From Glycera tridactyla (Eukaryota), in assembly GCA_965644265.1 (NCBI GenBank), contig OZ286473.1, positions 84,258,001 through 84,321,671 on the forward strand: 63,671 nt of DNA, written 5' to 3'. Both the position numbers and the translations under genes were made by a program. Positions 36,803-51,800 of this stretch are shown one piece after another. Every line of letters begins with the position of its first letter. The stretch's first letter is position 1. Under the pieces are notes generated by a model. That model saw only the letters and a list, made by a program, of their open reading frames with translations, ran no database searches and was not told the DNA's origin.

Positions 36803-39800
36803 CTGGTGTGAAAAGCGGAGAGATATGTCACGAAATGTATGCAAGGGATGCCTGGAAGCGGTTGTTGATTTGGAAATAACGGTTGGAATTTGTCTTTCCG
36901 ATTTTCGATATTGTTGTGACGGACACCAAATTCATGAAATTCACATGGTCGATCCACATATGTGATACACCAGATTGAGTCAATTTCAGTCTGATGGCAA
37001 AAGATGCAGGTCCATTTTTCGTGAATTGTAGCGACTTCCTCTTGTCAATTATATTCCTCGGATGTCCACCTTTTTTGAATTGATTTTATTGGGTGAAACC
37101 CCTGTCAGAAGGAATCAGGTTGCATTTTTCACGAGATGAATGAGAACAAATCAACAACTGCAATCCAGACGCACTCTGGTTCAACAAATTACAAAAAAAC
37201 ACAACAATCAGACCAATACTATCTTGCTAAGATATCTTGCCATTAAGCCATCACCTACCATCAAAACATCTTAATACAGTCATCCTTGTTGCTATGAGAG
37301 CAATCATTCCATAATAGCAGGCTAACCATCGTTGACGTGCACATGCCTCAGTATTCACTAATTTAAAAAAGAAATCATCATCAAAATAACGCTTTTTTCC
37401 AGTAGCTGTGAGAGGAACAGCGTATAACTAAGCATTCATAAAGATCACCTACATGATGCCCAGAATGCACCTGTGTTCATTTTGTGGGATTTCCATCATC
37501 AATGAGATTATGGATATTACTTTGAGTCCTGGTCAACACTCCAACAATGATGATGTCACATAGAAAGCAATGGTTGCATGGTGCACAGCATACAGCACAA
37601 AAGAGGAGATCACCGTGACCCAATTTCAAATCAATACATTTTGCATATTCCTACAGCCACATTCTTGGTGCATGAAATGGAAGTAACTGCTATCATTTTT
37701 GAGCATGAGATATCCACACTAATATGGATGTCTTATTCCGGGATATGATTATGGGTAGCATTTACAGTAATTGATTGTCTCATGATGTTTTGAATCACTT
37801 ATCTTTCATCTGGAAGGATTAGCCAATGAGAATAGGGACTCCGATATACGCTGGATGAGTGATATCATCATCCATATTATCCATGTTGTCTTCATGATCT
37901 TCATACTCATTATGACAACCTACTATCATCCCATATATTGTTATCTGCCAAATGACTTATCACAGAAATACCTCAGATTATTGTTTCTGGTTGTTGATTG
38001 AGCAGTTTTTTCATGTCCGATTATGAACCCAAACCGCACTCAGAGAGAAAGCACGGATAAGGAACGATTCAATTATATAACATTGTCCTCATTATTCAGT
38101 GGAGCTGTTTCAATGAACTTCTAACCACACATCTTTGTGGAAGGGCAGTAACAGTTGTTATTAGCATGACTTTGGTAATGGATTGGATCTCAGTATGTTT
38201 GACAACTGCCCCACTGATCTCTGACCAATTGACTTATATATGAATGGTAGTCTTCCTTGGGTGACAAGGTATTGCTTTATGCTAATAATGACGTGCCTGG
38301 AGAACGCCACTTCAAGTTTCTACACCATACAATTACAGGTCCGGTACATCATCTCGGATGTCAACAGTTAAATACTTGGTTCCAGCTCTGATTGAGTAGT
38401 TGTTACTTCCTCTGGCACTCAGAATGAGGTGATATTGGATTTGAAATTGGCAACATGGTGTTCGAGTCAATGTTAGTTGAAGGTCATATTTGAGTGACTA
38501 AGAGCAATATGTACAGGAAGAGGTAACAGGATTTAACATATGCACATACTCTTCATTCTCGACGGAATTAGTAACAGGCCAAGCCTAAAGTAGCTATGGA
38601 TTGGGTTACGATCAAGTAGTGAAATATATGAAAATTAAGAAAATTAACTACATAAGTCATATACTGCCAAAATAGGATGAGCGGGCGGAACGAGACATAA
38701 GAACACGGGCATTTTGTGCATCGTCAGCTGTGAGAAGTTGTGGAGAGCTGTTGTTCTCTTCATCGACATCAAAATGGTATCATTTCTAGTATTCTATATA
38801 AGTTTTGTGTAAATTCCCAGTCGGATGCAGTCGGGTCCATCGATAATATAGAGTGCGATGGGGGGGGGGGGGGCATGAGCTGTGGGTGGGAGGGATTGTG
38901 AGTTAGTAAGGGAAACATCAATGCCATATAATGATTGGGAAATGGACAACATGTAAACAGCCGTTCAGGCGAATGTATCAAGAGCAAAAAATCACACCAG
39001 CCATATCGAACACCAGAATGGGGACATCATATATACAAAGGCACGAACAAGCGAATTGAGCACAGATATACCAGCACAGGCAGGCTGGGCACAGGCAAAG
39101 GCCAGGCAAAGGCATCAGCAAATTCATGTAGCATGAATATATGGACAGAAAGTATTCCATAACCGATCAGGCAAGCCATGCAGCACCGCCCTCGTGGGAA
39201 GATCTGTGTGCTGAAAGTGTGTCTATGGCTAAATGAAATCATGTTTCAGAACTACCCAGGCTGCCGCCCAGTCCTACTACTCGCGGGGCGAATGCAATGA
39301 CTGATTAATTTTTGTTGATACATGTCCTTCTTGAACCTTCCCTGAGAAACGTTGCTATCCAGAATGAAATTCTATCTATAGGCTCGTGCAACAAAAACAA
39401 TCAATGAGCGAATTTGTCTGCTCAACATTTTGTTCCCATACTTTTTCCAAAGACCAAATACATCACTAGTGGATGGATTCATAAAAATGCCCTTTCCCAT
39501 GTGAAAGACAGAAGCGAAATACCTTTATTTCTATATATTTTAGTAAATTGTAATGAAGAAATCAAATCAGATTTCCTCCAAAGCTTCATAACAATTGGAG
39601 TTTGGATACCGTCACCAGTATGGATTCTAGAATTGCTAAACAATGCACCTGACGGAATCGGTCAAACGGCAGTGGGATGGTTAGCATCAATCATCCAATA
39701 TCGCGAATTGACGATTTTGTTATAATGGCAGGTCTTTCATACCCAAATGGATTCTATCACGATGACCGAGACACCATGGAACCAATCTTTTCAATATCAT

Positions 39801-42800
39801 GGAACAACAAACAAAACATTAATTAAGCTGAAAGCCATTTCATCATAGACTGACTGACATAAAAGTATACGTCTCACACTTCAACTGTAATTTTCTTCAG
39901 TCATCAATAATCTTCGAGCAGGGGATCTGTGTTATTCCGACGACGTCACAAGTGTGAATGGGGGCAATTGGTACAATCCTTGGTCATATCACTAGCATGT
40001 GCTTCAAGGAAAATGTTGCAAAGAATCTTACAATCGTGCTAGTCTGAATGAGGCATCAAAGTACGGATAGAAGTAGACAGGAGACAAGAAGACTATCAAA
40101 ACGAAGACAGTGGGATGGGAGAACGAGGTAGATGATCTCAGTGATCACAACTACATACTTTGAAATGTGGAAGAGATAGCAGACAAGGAAGAGATTGAGG
40201 AATGGAACAACAGGAAGTGAATTGATGAAGGGAAGAGAAATGAGTATAAGGTTCACCTACAAAAAGATAAGGAAACTGTCTGAGTATGAGGTTCACCTAC
40301 AAGAAGGTAAGGACATCTAATAGCTGGATGTGAGATGGGGTGGAGAGTGCAGTCGGCCAATAGTTGGCCAATGAGTGATATCAAATGAGTGATCAAAATG
40401 TAACGGACATAACATTCCTCGATATTCAAGAAACGAATAGTATCCAAGGGAGCCAAGAAATCAAATAAACCAATCAGCTGGTGAAGTTGCTTATCCATAG
40501 CATCTTCATATCATCAAATCAAATAGATATGTGAATTATCTGATATCTACGTTCTACATCTCCAATGAATCTAAATCACTGAATGGAATGTGAAAACACA
40601 GGATTAAAATTCCTTATTTTGTGGACATTTTGAGGTCACTTCAGATGATCAGGGATATACTTCTCAGAAAAGGAGATTATCTCTTTCCAAAATCCCAAAT
40701 GTAGATGTTGCTACACAGACAGTGAGGAAGAAAGACACCTTGACAAAAGCATGTCGTTACTCGCAAAAAGGGCCATGAAAGGCCACTATGTGAGACACCC
40801 TGTGGAAATATGACATGCGGATTATTATTCAAAGACCAACCATTCGTGGAGTTCAGTTTCCAAACAAACATGCACAATAATCCTATCTACCACATCCATT
40901 TCGTAAAACGTTGGAAGGAAGTCTACACAAATAGTCTAGAGACAGTAACAGGCAGGAAATCCACATTCAAAAATTGGGAGGGTAGGTGTGGGACTTGGAG
41001 GGCAGTGGGTAGCAAGAAGGAGGTCAGGACAACCAGGCAAGGGAAACTTGATTTGGAGTATGTGAACTGTGACCATGAACCCGATAGTTGATATGCATGT
41101 TTTGTTCCTATATTCAATGCTCTACAATTTGATGATGTTTGATATCGCAGTCTCAATTATGAGATAGAAAATTGTTTCACTGAATATCATTTGGTCTGTC
41201 CCTACTCTTTCGAATACATTATGAAGCACAATAATTAAGCCCGAAACAATCATGTAATTTCGACAAGAAGCAGTGGTTACCTTTTTACCAGAGCCTCGCG
41301 TTTGACACTGACATGAACGACAAACATTTGATCACTTCTTCTGGCCACAATGCTGTGATTAGTGCCCATATTCATCGTCGACATCCGATGTATGATGATG
41401 GTTATTGCTTCTACAATCTATTCACCATTTTGTGTCATCTGTTTTTTGTTAATACTACTTCAAAAACTGCATTAGGGGATTGGGAACCCCAAAACTGTGT
41501 GAGACTGATTGGATCAATCCTGTCATGAATCATTGATGAAATAAAAATGATTTGAAGTGGAAATGAGCCTGTTCAATTTAATGATTTGCTACATGGCGAG
41601 ATGCTCTCATTTGCCCTAGGGCATTGACTATGACGTCATGATGGATTTTGACAGGTCAATGGCAGCGTGTCACCATGACAAATAAATACTAACTGCTCAA
41701 TAATATGTGCTTGCTTGTACCCTTTCTGATGATGAAATCACATATCATCTCTTCTTTCAAGTCATTCACGAATAGGGATGGTATTTCTTAGCTCCATTGA
41801 TTTCTTAGTAGAGAATGTGGAAGAACATGTATCATATACATTGGCGAACTGACTGTGATTCGTGAAATACAACCATCTTGCGTTTTTGGCATCTGAAAGC
41901 GGACTATATAATACCAGTTGCTTTTTATCTCACATTTCGAAGCCAACCGACTTCTTTTGTTTGAAGGACGTAGTGGCCGTTCCTGGAATTAGCAAGTTAT
42001 TCTGATACATATATTCTGGATTATTACAATCCCTAGCCATGTCAGTAAGCGTACGCTTGAATGCTTTTAGATTGTTCCTCATAGTATAAGACATAAAGAT
42101 CAAGTTATCCTCCGGCTATTAAGAACTTTGCGCATTTACCATTCCTGAATGTTTCCTTTCAAATTATGCATATTGCTTGTATATCTATATGTAAAGCCCA
42201 TCACGCAGCACCGTGTAACTACAGTGGCTTCACAGTAGTAGCAATCACTGAATACATAATATCAAGGAAAAACCGTCAACTAATAGCTAATCTTCGTATT
42301 CGTACATGGAAGTGGGAATGCTTACCTGTCTGGTTTCTCCTATGTTGAAGTAGCGAGTGGTAGAACTATGTAGCTTGGCTTTTCAGAGAGAGTAGAGATT
42401 GTTGGCACCAATGCACCTCCTATGTTTGCAGATGTCATGTAAGGTGAATACATCTAATGTGGGAAATAAGTGGTAGTTGAACACCATCACATCCATCTTT
42501 CCCAGGTCCATGCCTCTATATCATTATGATGAAATGGTAACATAGTAGATTATCCACGCCATGATACCAGTTGTCTCTAATGGCCTTTTGGGAAGTTACC
42601 CATCAAGAGAATCAGTGCCAGTCTTCACCCCCCGGACTGATTTCATAACATTCCCCGTTTATATTGGTTATATTATCCTCATCTCCCATCCTGATTTCCG
42701 ACATATGCGAAAGAGCTTTTGTCTTGTGTAGTTTGTCAAATAATATCAGTGTAAGTAAAAACATGATTTGATATCCAATGAGTTGTTGATGCCCAGACAA

Positions 42801-45766
42801 AGGATGCTTCAATTCGGGCTATCATATCATCTTGGCACGCTTCGATATCAAGCATTCAATGCAAACTCATATGACATAAAAAAATTATATAATCTTCAGG
42901 ATTATGGAAGCTTCCTTAGCTAGAATTCCCATCTATCTTTATGAGCTTTTGTTTATAAATACTAGACATTATCAAACCTATTTAAGCTACCCGCATTCGC
43001 GATGACTCTACCTATCTTGAATTGGCATAACTTAGCAGAGCTGTTGCTAATGACTTTTGGTTGACTCACTCATCAGATCAAACAATATATTCGAGTGTCG
43101 GAAGTCTTCAAATGAGAAAGCACACACTCTTTGTTGAGGATTTATGATTAACTGATTAGCTGATAATCATATGTACGGTTTGAAATGAATCCGTCGTATT
43201 TAGAGGAATTTTATTGTCTCCTACCTGTAGTACTTCCAGTAATACATGTGTAAATAACATACCAGCTGTCACTTATATGTCACTTTATTAGCATTTTATC
43301 AAAGTGGGTCTTTCAGCTGTGATATTCCTCTTTGTATCTTATCAAATTCGCATATTTGTTCAGCTATTCTTCCCACATGGGACTTTTTGGCATGTGTAAC
43401 ACAGGTGGTATTATTCGAAGAGAGAAAGGATGAATATATTAGCTGATTATATATTGATGACATATACTTTTCCTCCTTGTTATGAAGGCTTACCATCTGT
43501 ATCCATCCAGGAAATTTTGATACAGATAAAATGATTTCAAATACTTAGAAATAATAGTTCTAGGAAAAATGTTGGTGTGGAATCCTTCCGTGGTCAACCA
43601 GCCCGTTCAGAACTTGAAGTATGTAGATATGAAATACCATGTAAGAGAGCTAACATCATTAAGGACAATACACACTATTGCTTATCTCCACATGGTAGAC
43701 CAGACCAGGCGAAGCCCAAGAATGCAAGATATGTAACAAGACGGACCTCACACAGCAGATAGGTACCNNNNNNNNNNNNNNNNNNNNNNNNNNNNNNNNN
43801 NNNNNNNNNNNNNNNNNNNNNNNNNNNNNNNNNNNNNNNNNNNNNNNNNNNNNNNNNNNNNNNNNNNNNNNNNNNNNNNNNNNNNNNNNNNNNNNNNNNN
43901 NNNNNNNNNNNNNNNGCGGTGGGCGTGGTGGTTATGACGATAACGATACGGATTATGTTGATTATGGGGGTAATGATAGCGTTGGTGATTATGATTATGA
44001 TCTCACTGGTCATAATTGCGGTATATATGGTAATGGTGCAGATGCTAGTAATGAAACTTATTTCGTTCTTCAGGTACAAGCTGACATCAATCATAAGAGC
44101 ATTCCTCATGTCTGCAGATACACCCAAAGACATGGAGCTCATTACAATTCAGTCCTCGTGAGTTGAATTGTGTGAAGTACATTATGCATCCAAATCCACA
44201 AATTCATTGAAAAAAGACACTAACTTCCGCCATCTAGAATGCCACAAAACAATATTGATAGCCGCCTGGACAGAATGAAAATGATGAAGAGAGGCTGATC
44301 TCAGAAACATGAATATGATATTCCAAGTGTAAGAAACAATGTGTCACCAAGGTACAAGACGTCAACCATTGCGGCAAAACACTAATCTAATGAGGCAAAG
44401 TCAAGTATGATGCTGTCTACAAGCTTGATATCTACATGGGATTGCAAAAGAGAACATGTACATCTCAGCTGGTGGTTTCTACAGTTCAAATTGCATCTCA
44501 TAGATGGACCAGTAGGATGAGTGCGAAACAAGACGTATATTGCACCAACTCTAAGGGCAAACAAACAAGCTCCTTCCCGTTTCAGTCCATAAGGATAAAA
44601 CCATATGCGATCAGCATGTCCCAATGACTATTTGCCAGTCCCACTAACATGCAGGTGGGACTCGGGATTGAGTCATATCCACTATCTACCCAATACCCCC
44701 ACCCTCTACATCAATAGTGGTTATGCCTGGATCGCTCAATATGTCCAGCATTCATGTTTTGGTATGGGATACATGGTTGTTGTGATTAATGTTTATGAGT
44801 TCTTTTCTTGATGAAATCTCAATCAGAGGGGCACGTGAGTAATTGGAGATAGTTAGAATATTTCCAAATCAAATTAAGGCAAGTCCACCAGGTGGATCAT
44901 AGGGATATCGCTGATCCATTAAAAGCATCACTGCCAAGTCTCTTCATCAATGTCATGAGCTTTGTCGATTCCACGAGCAGGGGTCAGATATAATGCTATT
45001 TATTTTCCAATGGTGAGGATATACGCCCTAATGGGTATCCTGAATAGTGTTGTCATTGAGCTGGGAATTGTGCATACAATGTCATCATAGCACACTGTCC
45101 TGTATGTCTTGTATGTGAAACATTCGGATGTATTTTGGATTAGCATAACCTTCTTCAGTATATATCACACGGCCAATGATTTGCACTACATTGCTAACGA
45201 CTAGTACGTAACATTAAAAAAAAAACGTGCAATGGAATATGCTGGCGAGGGTCCTTCCATCCATCACAGTGTTGAGAATGATAGTCATCTGTGTCAACAA
45301 TTTGTGGAAAACCATGATGACATTTAGTCCAGTACATGCAAAGTAACAAGCACTGACTTGACCTGTCAAACTAAAATTGTACATGGTGGCAATGAGTAGG
45401 CTGTCAAAGTAATCTATTTCGTCTGGTACAATGGCCTTGATGGTGAATCATATTTTTCATAATATGACCCGAGTGCGCTGGCCAGTGCTCTAGTCATGCT
45501 TTTTCCATGACCAGATGTAGTGAAATTTGCCAACTAATACCAGGGAGTACTTTTCCATCATACAATGAATATGACATGAATGTATTTTTGCGTCATATCA
45601 GATGGTGAAATGACATGGGAGATGGAAGCAGTTTACTATACCATACCGACCATAGTGTTACTAATGTTTTATATTCCCCTCAACATGCATGGGCATACTA
45701 TAGAATATCCCAATATATCTGAATCAGTAAAAGAATTACGCATCTCCGAGAAACATTTATAGTGTT

Positions 45767-45773
<7 letters not shown>

Positions 45774-45842
<69 letters not shown>

Positions 45843-45843
45843 G
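45774..45843. repeat. (GA)n microsatellite inside one copy of a short direct repeat (TTATAGTGTTATGCTGAG...GTGTCCCAGG)
   Basis: 45758-45862 and 45862-45905 share both flanks; GA run expanded in the first copy. Confidence 0.85.
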
Positions 45844-48800
45844 GCTGTGTCCCAGGACACTTATAGTGTTATGCTGAGGGAGAGAGGGCAGTGTCCCAGG
45901 ACACTGGGACATCATAATTCCTGACCATCGGTTAATACCTGTGCTGCGAGCGGACACAGAAAAAGCTTGACAATAATTACACATCTGTCACAACCTCAGC
46001 ACTAAATGTATCTAAATGATTCGAAAATTCAATTCAGGAGAATTTTACTCCAATTCACTACATGGTATATATTGATGGAAGGCATGGGTTTTGATCCATA
46101 ACTGCAAAATGATGTTTTCAAATAAAATCTGAGACGTTTTTCTGTATCATGAACATCTGAGTGACTGAGGTGGTTACATAGCAAAAGGACAATATGGCAA
46201 CTAACCAGTGTATCAGCGACAGACAGCAGCACAATATGATAGCAATATATGCAGGCTCAGCTCTGGATATTGCCTGGGAAATCTACCTTATTAAAGTATA
46301 ATCAAATTGTGAATGTATGCCACTGTTAGAATGAGACACAATCTAATTATGTATCCACATCGCCTGTATTCCACCCATCAATTGATGAGTCATTCAATTC
46401 GATTCCGTTTTTTATCGGTAGTGATGTTGAATATGTATTGGTCATCAAGTTATATCAATTCTGTATGCTTTTTGAACTGTACTGCTGATGAATCAGAAGT
46501 AAGGCTGACCTGATTCCAATTCAGTGTGGAGCTAGATCCACATAAAGAGGACTGCACTGGATGGCTGCATGCGTCACCTTCATCTATAACTACTTGGAAT
46601 TCCATCATTCCAAAAAAGGATCAGGTCATGTTTCATTCATTGCTTGAGCTAAAAGGTTTCTTTGATATTTGATGATACTATAAGCGACAGAAGCGGACAG
46701 AATATCAAGGCACCAGCTTAAATGTCAAAATATGAGGACAGTAGCCAGAACTATAACATCATACAGAAGCAAATATGCAAAGGCGATGGGGAGCTTACAG
46801 TTGAAAGTACAAAGTGCCAAAAATTAGTATCAATAATGTGGCAATGCACTGATTACAAATAATTGATGAATAATGTTTCCAATGCCTCCATCACACACAT
46901 GCTGATCGCCCCCAAGTCTCGTCGTTTCTATAGTCTATCACATGAGCTATTTTTCAGACTAATTCTAGCCATGCACCATTTAGATATACAATTTCAGTGA
47001 AAGTACTATGCCTAGTGAAAAAGGATGTCATGGGCTGGGATCTCTCCCTCTTTTGATCTCTTTCTCTTTTGAGCTATCAGTCCATCTTTCTGTTCTCATG
47101 TCCAATATTTCATGCAGATAGAATATTTCAGTCCTCAAGAAATTGAATCAAGAATTTTGACATCAGTCCTGCCATGCAATGATAAGTGATGTCGAGTGAA
47201 ATGGAGACTTTTGTACGAGAATTTTGTACGAGAATCTGAACGAAATATGAAAAAATTCAATATCATATCATATCATATCTCCAGTTCAGTCAGATCTTCG
47301 ATATTTACCCCAAAAAAAGCGTTTTTGTTCTGTTTCAGAAGCTTACCTATTCATCCGATTCGCTCGTGGCGTACTGATCCTGATTCACGGTGAATGTTTA
47401 TTTTCTATCATGTACTTTGCAGAAACAAATTAGAGGTGCCTGATATATGAATGGGATTAATTCATATGCCTGAGACATACCAGTACCACTTTTGCTCTCC
47501 AGTGCTTACCCACAAACAAAGTCCCTAGGATGATCACTATATTCCTATCGGCCTATTCACATGTACTGCCCATCCGATATGCTCATGGATTACTATGTAC
47601 CTATAGCAATACCTACAAGACTTGATGATACTATCATGGGCGAGGATTTTTTTTGTGAATTTACGAGACATGGAAGAATGAAGCCATTATCGGCAGGACC
47701 CACCCAACCATTGCAAATCTTTCCTCACTAAGTGCATGTGTGTGATGAGTAAAACCCTTTCAACTGTTGTGGAGAAAGAGAAATTGATGATGTGATTGCC
47801 CAGTTTTATGCAGTTAAAATGTCTGCATGTAATCATTTTTTCGACATAAATGTTATGATAGACGTAGATTTGAGTGAGCCAATGATTCATGGCTCAATTG
47901 ATATATTCATCTGGTATTTAAGATAGTAGTATGATACATCTCCATCGCAAAGTAGTTCCTTTCTGATCCTGCCTTTGCAGTTGCTTTCAATTTAGAAGAA
48001 GCAGCTATGACATCATCATATCATTGTATCAGATAGCCGAGAGGAGCGATAGTCTTTGAAAAGCGATATCATGATGTTATAGTCTTTGCTCGCATAATGA
48101 AGGACAGGCATTGAGCCTAGTCTAGAGGCGAAACCAAATAGGCAAACTTCATTTGAAGACGACTAGCTATAACATGCTTAGAAAGAAGACTATGTATATC
48201 ACCAGACTCTGAGAGCATCAATAACAAACAAGATTCAGGGATATCAGAGTGGGTCCTCACAAGATTTCCCATCCTGGTTTCTATGCTCTTATCAAATTCA
48301 GAATACTAGTTCAGATGTCAATGCTGACCATCATTAGCTATATAAAGCATGGAGTGCATAAATGACAATTTGCAACGAGCAAAATGGGGCAATAGCCCAT
48401 CGTCCAATTCAATATCCCTCTTGTCTTCGAATCTATTCGAGGACTCTGATCTGTAGTAATCTGCGTATCCATCGGTAGGGATATTCTCAGGTGCAATCGC
48501 AACTTTCGTGCTAATTCGAATGACCAAACAATTGGCCACTAAATACTGATGTGAGTCTGTGCTAGATAACGAACATGGTACTTCATTCATTTGTGTCAAT
48601 CAAAAAAAATATACGAGACATGGCTTACATCAATTAGTTTCTGTACGACAGATCTCCGAGTAGAAATCAGAATTTTTTTCTGTTGATCAAGTCTGATGGT
48701 AAATCAAACTAATACTGAACATCAGTGATTATGGCTGTCTCAGTACAATGATAACCTACCATAGAATCTTAAGACCATATCAATCGAATATTTCATCCAT

Positions 48801-51800
48801 GCATGGCACTTCACTTTGGTACACGAGTTCAGGTGAAATTCATAAGCTATGGCCAATGGTCGTGTGGTTTGTGACAGAATCTTGCTCTGACTGCCTGTTA
48901 GTATGTCTTACATATGGTCTGGAAAACGTGATCAGGCATGAAATAAAACGATAAAGTCATAAAGACATTGCGTATTATCATGATATGCGCTATCTTCTCC
49001 TACGTGTGATAACTTGACCCTAATGAATTGTAGCACAGAGATCTCGATCAGAGACAAAATTGCAGTTTGAAAAGAATCGATCTGCCTCTGAAAAATGTCA
49101 TACATAGGTATGACTCTTCTCATGGATACCACAAACATAATGCCAGTATAAAAGATTGTATTTGATTTCAATTTTCTCAGGTTGTGCTTGAGCAAGCATG
49201 TGTTAAAGAAAATCCATTTTTACAGAATCATTAGCCTGCATGCTGCTCTTCTGCCATAGTGACCTCTGAGAGGAGTGGGTGTTTGAGATGGTTGACTGAC
49301 TAATCTGGCTGGACAATTTTGATAATTTCTCCCTGAGCCATATACCTTGTCCTCCTTAAGTATCCTAACTAGACATCTACGACTGACTTCGATCACCAGC
49401 CCATAAATTCATTCACATCATCTAACAAAAAAAATGCGTACAACAAATGATTTGCTACCACTACCCCTTGCAGTGAACACAACTGAAGGAGGAGATGCTC
49501 TTTATTACGCCATGCCAGTGTGGCTTGAAATATGTCAGAACTGGTGGAGTTCCACATGATCTACAAACACGTTACTCCGAGAAAAAACCTTTTACATACG
49601 CATACTATAGAGTATATGCCAATCAACGAGAAGACTGTGATATTGGGTGAGATCACGTGATCCACCACCCCTATCAACATTTTTCCATGAGGTCGTTTCA
49701 ACAATAATGTTCATGTGTCATTGGAAGGAATGTAATGTACCATGTATCATGTAGAATGTGACCTCTCTCATGCCAGCAATACAGTCTTACCTTTCCACTT
49801 TCTGCTCAGATAACAGCAGATTTGTTTCTTAAAGTTCTGGTGGTTCCATTCTGACATGGAAAGCTACATCACCTTCAGATCGAGCTGGTCTCTTTCATCC
49901 CTATCTATCACCAGGTCAATTTCATCATTCGATGTATTCCAATATACGATAGAAGTTCCATGTTTGAACATCCCTGTATTACCCATGTGTATATAAGGTG
50001 ATCCACTCACAGCTGTCACTACGACTCAAGGACCCAGGCTGATGAACAATCTCTATCAGCTGAAGGAGGTCAATCAGCTCGGGTTACACATTGATCAAGC
50101 CCATAATGTCAGTAGACCAGATAATTCGAAATCTGAGAGATTCGACATCTGCAATTTATCATTACGATCATCNNNNNNNNNNNNNNNNNNNNNNNNNNNN
50201 NNNNNNNNNNNNNNNNNNNNNNNNNNNNNNNNNNNNNNNNNNNNNNNNNNNNNNNNNNNNNNNNNNNNNNNNNNNNNNNNNNNNNNNNNNNNNNNNNNNN
50301 NNNNNNNATTATCATTCATATCATTGTCATTAGGACTTTAATCGCTATTAAAACTATCAACTCTGTTACGAGGATTATCATGGATTTTAATGTACATATC
50401 ATTTAGGCGACTATTATCATCATCATTATCAGTGTTACTCTAATATTATTATCATCATTATTATTATCATTGTCAATAGTGATACTTTCATCATCGATCA
50501 TGGATTTCTTCTGCCCTGCATTCTAAACCTTCTGTGACGAACCATATAATGAAGTTCTGCTGATCTGCTTCATTATTTGCCTAATCATTTTGCTGAGTCA
50601 TCATTTCTGTATATCATCTTCTACCAGGAATCTTGTGCTGATTATGTGCTGCTTCTTCCTCACCTATCCAGTGATGTCACCTATTCCATTATTATTAGTT
50701 TTAGTGGAACGATATTTGATTCTCTTTTTTCCCTGTTATGAGAGCTGCATGATGCTATAGTAGTACAAAATAAATGGTTGTCACCCGACCAGGGGATGTT
50801 GGGAGTCAGTAATTGGAAGTGATTACAGAGTCAGGTTACATCTAGATGATTATGACAGGATGGTAGGAGAAAGGCATTACAATTACAGGAATGGTTGCAT
50901 CTTACAATGTGTATGAGGGTTCACCACCACCAACTCATTTAATAGACGGAGTAATAGTGGTCTTAAGGGAGCATTACAACTTTATATGGCCATTACTTCA
51001 TCACGATTTTCATGAACGTCAATATTCATTCCGAAGAAACTGCGAGAGGAATGACTACTTGTTACATGACAATTAGGTATTTACCTATAATTTTGTTAAA
51101 AGTTGCATCCCGGGATGCCAGATCTGAACGAAATATTCGCGCAGTTAGCCATATAGAGTCATACTGCCTGTATTGGAGAAGGTCCCTAGATCATTCGATA
51201 CAAAGGCAGCTATCACAGAGAAAGGGAAACGAATATGTTAGAACTTCATTATGAAGCAAATGTCAAGAAGGAAGTCATAGGTCGCTTAATGAAGACGTAT
51301 TCATGTCATCTGTCAACTTCAAATTGCCAACTGTCATTCCCCATACCGCTGGGTACCTTTGTAATTCTCTTTGTCAAGATAAATACAATGAATTGTACTT
51401 ATCTGCCCCCCTGAACAGTCGATCCATTAATCATTATTGGATAGGTATTTCTAATGGACCTTCTTCAGACTGTGACTGGCCAGTGGTTCTATATGGAAAG
51501 GTTTATGTGAACCATCCCCAAAATTCATACATTTTCAATTGTTCACTTGATTTATTTAACTTCTGTTGTGTACATCACTCAACATCAGCCGACCTATCCG
51601 AAAAATAAGGTGGTACATATAATATTGCTGAAAGATGAAATACATACAATTGTGATATTCGCAGTAATATTTATCATTCGCTTTGGCAATCAATGAATGC
51701 ATCACCCAACATAGATACATGTGATTTGACTATCTTGCACTACATACTAGATTCTCTTTCCTGTCATACAACTTCGACTACGTCATCATAACGTCCAGTG